Of a DNA stretch of 64,000 nucleotides, positions 60,173 through 64,000 are shown piece by piece (position 1 is the stretch's first letter; every line of letters begins with the position of its first letter). The position numbers and the translations under genes are program-made. The notes beneath the pieces were generated by a model that worked only from the letters and a program-made list of their open reading frames with translations, was not told the DNA's origin and did no database searches. Source of the stretch: Planctomycetia bacterium (lineage in GTDB: Bacteria > Planctomycetota > UBA8108 > SXIK01); assembly GCA_005772855.1 (NCBI GenBank), contig SXIK01000196.1:2100-66099 (forward strand), read 5' to 3'.

Positions 60173-60634
60173 CCGCACGCGGGCAGTGATGAGACCTTTT
60201 GCAGCCTGCGAAAGGTTGCGGCTGCTCGCGCCACAGGCGCCGAGGAGGGGGTTTGCGGCGAGCTGGCGAAGCCGCAAACGGCTCGGAGGGAGCCGGCGCC
60301 AGCAAGAGCTGGCGGCTCCCGAGAGCCTGGCCTGGAGGCGCACGCGCAGCGTACGACCGGAGGGGCCGCGTGTCGTTGTTGCCTCCGCCCTCGCTCCACT
60401 CGGAGGCGAACCGTCGTGGGGGAGGGTCCGCCTCCCCCACCAGCAGAAACGAGCAGCAGACTTGAGATGGTCCTCCTCTGCCCATTCGGAATGTCTCACG
60501 TGTGGGCGCGCGAGGTATACTAACTCGTCAAGCACACCCTCGCGTCAAGATTCTGGGCTCGGCGGGGAGCACATCTTCCACCCTGCGCTTGGCTCAATGG
60601 ACTTCACGCCTCGAGCGCTCGGAAGCGGCTCCGA

Positions 60635-63600
60635 TCAGTCCTCCGGCGCCCCGCTCTCGATCCATGTTTTGATGGCGTTCAACGCCCACGCCGAGAGCGG
60701 AGTCGGCGGACTGGAGCAATCGTACGGCATGGCGCAGCCGTAGCCGCCGGGGGCTGTCAAGTGCGTGTTGGTCAGCTTGCGCCAGAGAAAGCTGTTGTTC
60801 AGGTCGCCGGGGGCCACTTGCAACAAGTCGGATCCGCTCGGAGCCTCGTACAAGTTCTCGAAGGTCATCCAGTGATGGCAACCGCAGTGATTGTGCAAGA
60901 TCGGCCGAACGTGAGCGTTGAACGTCACCGGACCACCACCGCCGTCGCACGGAAACGGTACGCTCGGTCCGGTCTTGAGCGAGTGAAGGAAATCGACACC
61001 GATAAGCTTGTTGCCGACAGCCGCATGGCCGCCATCCTGGTGGCACTTGAGGCAAGTGGCATCGGCCAACGTGTAGCCGTCGTCCGCGGGATCGAGATTC
61101 GCGGCGTCGATCACATCGGGGCACTCCGGGGCGAACTCGAAGTTGCCACACCACGCGGAGTGTTCACCCGCGGTCGGGCCCACGCCGCCGACGCCGCTTG
61201 TCGTGATGGGTTGCTCCCGCGTGACGTTGGTGCAGAGGAAATAGTCCTTCCACACTGTGTCCGCCGTCCAGCTCGGCGCGTCCACGTTGGTGCCGCCGCA
61301 GCCGCCGATGCCGCGGACGAAATCCTTGTAACCGCCATCCAGGACCTGCTTGGCTGGATATAGGTCGTACCAAAACCAGTGGCCGATGTCCTTGGTGATG
61401 TGATGGATCGCCGTCAAGTAGTACGTCTTGCCGTCGCCCGAGTAGACGTAGCTGTACAACTTCGACGTGTCGATCCCCGGCGGGATCTCGTCAGCACTTC
61501 TCCAGATCGTCTTGGTCACCCAGGCGCCGGGCGGAAACTCCGGGATGTCCTTGCGGCCCAGATCGGTCAGCGATTGGAGCGTGCAGAGATTCCACAGCCT
61601 GTACCTGCGCACATGGCAGTAAGCCTCCCAGTTGTAGAGGATCTCCTTCTCGTGGGGCGGTCGGTCCAAGGGCTGAGGAAGCCCCGCGAGCGAGCCGCTT
61701 GTGGATCTCACGAAGCTCAGAGGGATGAACCACTCGAAGTGCGGCAAGCCGCCGCACGGCTCAACAAGCTGGCGGAATCGGCACCAGCCGTGCGCTCGTT
61801 CGTCGTCGATGGGATGTGTCCCTTCGGGGTCGCAGCGAGTCGCATCCAGCGCAATGGCAAAGACCGCCCCGGTGAGCGGAAACGATCGCGGCAAGGACGC
61901 GGTCGGCAGCAACCAAACTTGCCCAAGCTCCTTCTTGGGAAGGATGAGCAGCTCCTCGAGATGGGCGCCGCCGGAAAGCTCCAGGCGCAGGCGGTCGGCA
62001 AGGCTGACGACGCTCTCCTCGAACGTGCTCTCCGGGCGCCAGTGAAACGTCACCGCTCGGCCCCCGGGGCTGACGCCGGCAATCGAGGGTGCGCTGACGC
62101 AGGCACTCACCTCGAGCGGCTGGGTCGGATCCAGGTGCTGGCGGTTGAGCTCCACAATGATCGGCGCCGACTCATCGGTTTGCAGCGAGGCTGCCGGCAC
62201 GGGCCCGCCGGAGGGCACGAGCTCCACAGTTGCATCGAGCTTGGACACGGGCCCGATGGAGGTCGAGGCACACTTCTCCGGCCGGCACAGCGGGAATGGC
62301 GCTGGCTTGAAGTCCTCGATCACGAACGGACGAGCTGTGCCCGACGTCGCCACGACTCCTGCTCGCAGAGTGATCTCCGTCGGAGTGCTGCGGATGACTT
62401 CGAGCTTGGCGCCGGGGATGACGACACGGGTGCCCGGCGAGAACCCGGATCCAATAATCGTGAACTGATCCCCTTCTCGGATTTCGGTCGCCGAGATGCC
62501 GATGACAGCCGGTGTCTGATCCGCGAGACCGCAAAGTGGCGCTGACGGGTCGGTTCCCGGCAGCGGAAATGGGGCCGGCGGCGCCGAATGGCTCGAGAGA
62601 AAGCGGTAGATGAGACCGAAAATCGGATCGCTGACGTCAAGCTGGTCGTCGCCGTTGCAGTCTCCGGCTTCGCCGCAAGCGCAGGCGGCGGCGCCGAGAA
62701 AGAGAGTGCCGAGCATGCCGATGGCGTCGCTCAAGTCGAAGGCTCCGTCGCCATTGCAGTCGCAGCGGATGAAGCTCTTGCCGAGCGAAAAATAAGTGTC
62801 GGGCAGCTCCGACGTGCCGCCGGGGGTGCGGACAACGATGTCGCCGCGTGTCGGCGTCCGAGTGGCGGGCACTTCAACGCGGAGCAGCTTCGCGGACTGC
62901 TCGAGAATCGTGGCTCGACGACCTGCGACCGTTACTTCCTCTGTATCCGCAAGCCCGACGCCGGTAATCGTGAGCACCGTGGGTTGATCCACCGTGGCCT
63001 GGCGGTTCACGACCAGCTTGTCGAGCTCCGGCGGGCGAATCGACTGCTGGCTCTCCAGGTGGGGATTGTTGAATCGGCCAGCTCCGCTCCGCGGGTTCCC
63101 TTGTCTCGCATCTCCGGCGCCATGGACCATCCCGACGCGGTACGTCGAGGCGTCGAGGCTCGAGTCCGGCTCCACGGCGAGGAGCAAGTGATCCACGCGA
63201 GCGTCGCCATCGAAATAAAACGTTTTGATTTGATCCGCGCGGCGCTCGACTCCGATGCGGATCGGGAGGACCACCGGGACGGGAACCGTGCCGAGCAGCT
63301 CCATTGCGGAAGCTCGGCTGTGGCGCGCTCCCGACGTGAGCAGGAACCCGGCGCCTCTGGCATCCCTCTGTACCGTCATGCGCACGACCGCCTGCGCCGG
63401 ATCGCTGCCGGTGCCGCGAAAGACGCGGGCCTCCACACCCGCCTGGCCGACGCCATCGACAGCCACCACCTCGACCCTCAGCTCGAACTCGTTCGCTGCG
63501 TCGTGGACGAGGCCGAATAGCGAGTCCGACGTGCTGCCGTAACCCAGGCTCGTGCTGCAGAGCTCGATCCCGCCCCCAGTGACCCGTGCGGCGCCCAGGC

Positions 63601-63754
63601 CGTCGCCGCCGATCGGCTCCTGGGAGAATCCCGAAACGGGCTCGGGAAGGAAACACTGCGCCATCGTGCGGCCCTGACCCATGACAAGGGCGGCGGCAGC
63701 CGCAAGCACCAGGGGACGCGTGGCACGGACGGAGCGCGCAGGGATGGGCCGCAT
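60635..63754 (-). CDS. Giant secreted multidomain protein (~1040 aa) with Ig-like repeats, internal dockerin-like Ca-binding repeats and a C-terminal CxxCH-containing domain
   Basis: AGGAGG 5 nt before ATG 63754. Signal peptide MRPIPARSVRATRPLVLAAAAALVMG. Dockerin-like CDCNGDGAFDLSDAIGMLGTLFLG...DCNGDDQLDVSDPIFGLIYRFL followed by a PPAPFP tract. C-terminal region with CLKCHQDGGH (CxxCH) and HNHCGCHHW, reminiscent of Planctomycete PSCyt/DUF1549-1553-type domains. Confidence 0.6.
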   Translation of the reverse strand: MRPIPARSVRATRPLVLAAAAALVMGQGRTMAQCFLPEPVSGFSQEPIGGDGLGAARVTGGGIELCSTSLGYGSTSDSLFGLVHDAANEFELRVEVVAVDGVGQAGVEARVFRGTGSDPAQAVVRMTVQRDARGAGFLLTSGARHSRASAMELLGTVPVPVVLPIRIGVERRADQIKTFYFDGDARVDHLLLAVEPDSSLDASTYRVGMVHGAGDARQGNPRSGAGRFNNPHLESQQSIRPPELDKLVVNRQATVDQPTVLTITGVGLADTEEVTVAGRRATILEQSAKLLRVEVPATRTPTRGDIVVRTPGGTSELPDTYFSLGKSFIRCDCNGDGAFDLSDAIGMLGTLFLGAAACACGEAGDCNGDDQLDVSDPIFGLIYRFLSSHSAPPAPFPLPGTDPSAPLCGLADQTPAVIGISATEIREGDQFTIIGSGFSPGTRVVIPGAKLEVIRSTPTEITLRAGVVATSGTARPFVIEDFKPAPFPLCRPEKCASTSIGPVSKLDATVELVPSGGPVPAASLQTDESAPIIVELNRQHLDPTQPLEVSACVSAPSIAGVSPGGRAVTFHWRPESTFEESVVSLADRLRLELSGGAHLEELLILPKKELGQVWLLPTASLPRSFPLTGAVFAIALDATRCDPEGTHPIDDERAHGWCRFRQLVEPCGGLPHFEWFIPLSFVRSTSGSLAGLPQPLDRPPHEKEILYNWEAYCHVRRYRLWNLCTLQSLTDLGRKDIPEFPPGAWVTKTIWRSADEIPPGIDTSKLYSYVYSGDGKTYYLTAIHHITKDIGHWFWYDLYPAKQVLDGGYKDFVRGIGGCGGTNVDAPSWTADTVWKDYFLCTNVTREQPITTSGVGGVGPTAGEHSAWCGNFEFAPECPDVIDAANLDPADDGYTLADATCLKCHQDGGHAAVGNKLIGVDFLHSLKTGPSVPFPCDGGGGPVTFNAHVRPILHNHCGCHHWMTFENLYEAPSGSDLLQVAPGDLNNSFLWRKLTNTHLTAPGGYGCAMPYDCSSPPTPLSAWALNAIKTWIESGAPED

Positions 63755-64000
63755 GAGACCTCCTGAAGGCGTGGCTTGGGATTTCCTGGCCTGCCAAACT
63801 TCGGGGGCCGGGAAGTGGGGACTTCGAGCTGGCATGTGGCCATCATGCGCGTCTGGCACTTGACGGCGCCGACCTCAGGTCACCCTTTCCTGGCCCCAAT
63901 CATGCCATGCTCGAGCCAGCGCGCAAGGGGCAAGCGTAGCGGAGTGCTCAAAGTCGTTCGTGGGGCGCTCGCGACGACACCCCCGGTCGCGTTATTCCTC

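Overview
GC-rich (~62-65%) bacterial chromosomal segment, densely coding on both strands. The gene content resembles a Planctomycetota-like organism, though this is inference only. Supporting signs are an Fae-type formaldehyde-activating enzyme, dockerin-like Ca-binding repeats, a sulfatase-family membrane protein, giant secreted proteins and a CxxCH-containing C-terminal domain. Recognisable blocks, start to end: a large lipoprotein with triplicated CBM-like repeats plus FN3; a dockerin-fused polysaccharide lyase in a lower-GC island; Fae-like protein and formate--THF ligase (C1 metabolism); TlpA-like thiol-disulfide oxidoreductase; M48 protease; rhomboid protease; a three-gene minus-strand operon (dockerin-like secreted protein / fatty-acid desaturase fusion / LTA-synthase-like sulfatase-family protein); BASS transporter; ECF sigma with ZAS-type anti-sigma; an LPS-core-like cluster (GT4, GT2, MsbA-like ABC exporter, heptose-7-P kinase); a complete bioB-bioF-bioD-bioA operon; a cytoplasmic FHA-GAF histidine kinase tightly coupled to an orphan Dam-family (D12) adenine methyltransferase carrying a ~200-aa insert; TyrA; M3 oligopeptidase; cardiolipin synthase; a PduO-type adenosyltransferase; an actin-like ATPase; and a ~10-kb sugar cluster (KpsC/TagF-like GT-B protein, GT4, Gmd, transketolase, NeuA-like CMP-sugar synthetase, NeuB-like nonulosonate synthase, ALDH, SDR) that probably makes a nonulosonic-acid glycoconjugate. 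Other notable items: a family of at least four ~100-150 bp palindrome-containing intergenic repeats (MITE/REP-like) that create false N-terminal ORF extensions; a HigB/Gp49-like toxin gene inactivated by an in-frame TAA with no antitoxin; a standalone RQC-HRDC protein; and a hairpin-rich non-coding stretch upstream of a 1040-aa secreted protein. No rRNA, tRNA or CRISPR was seen. Many long ORFs in the six-frame track are antisense or alternate-frame artefacts of high GC and were not called.
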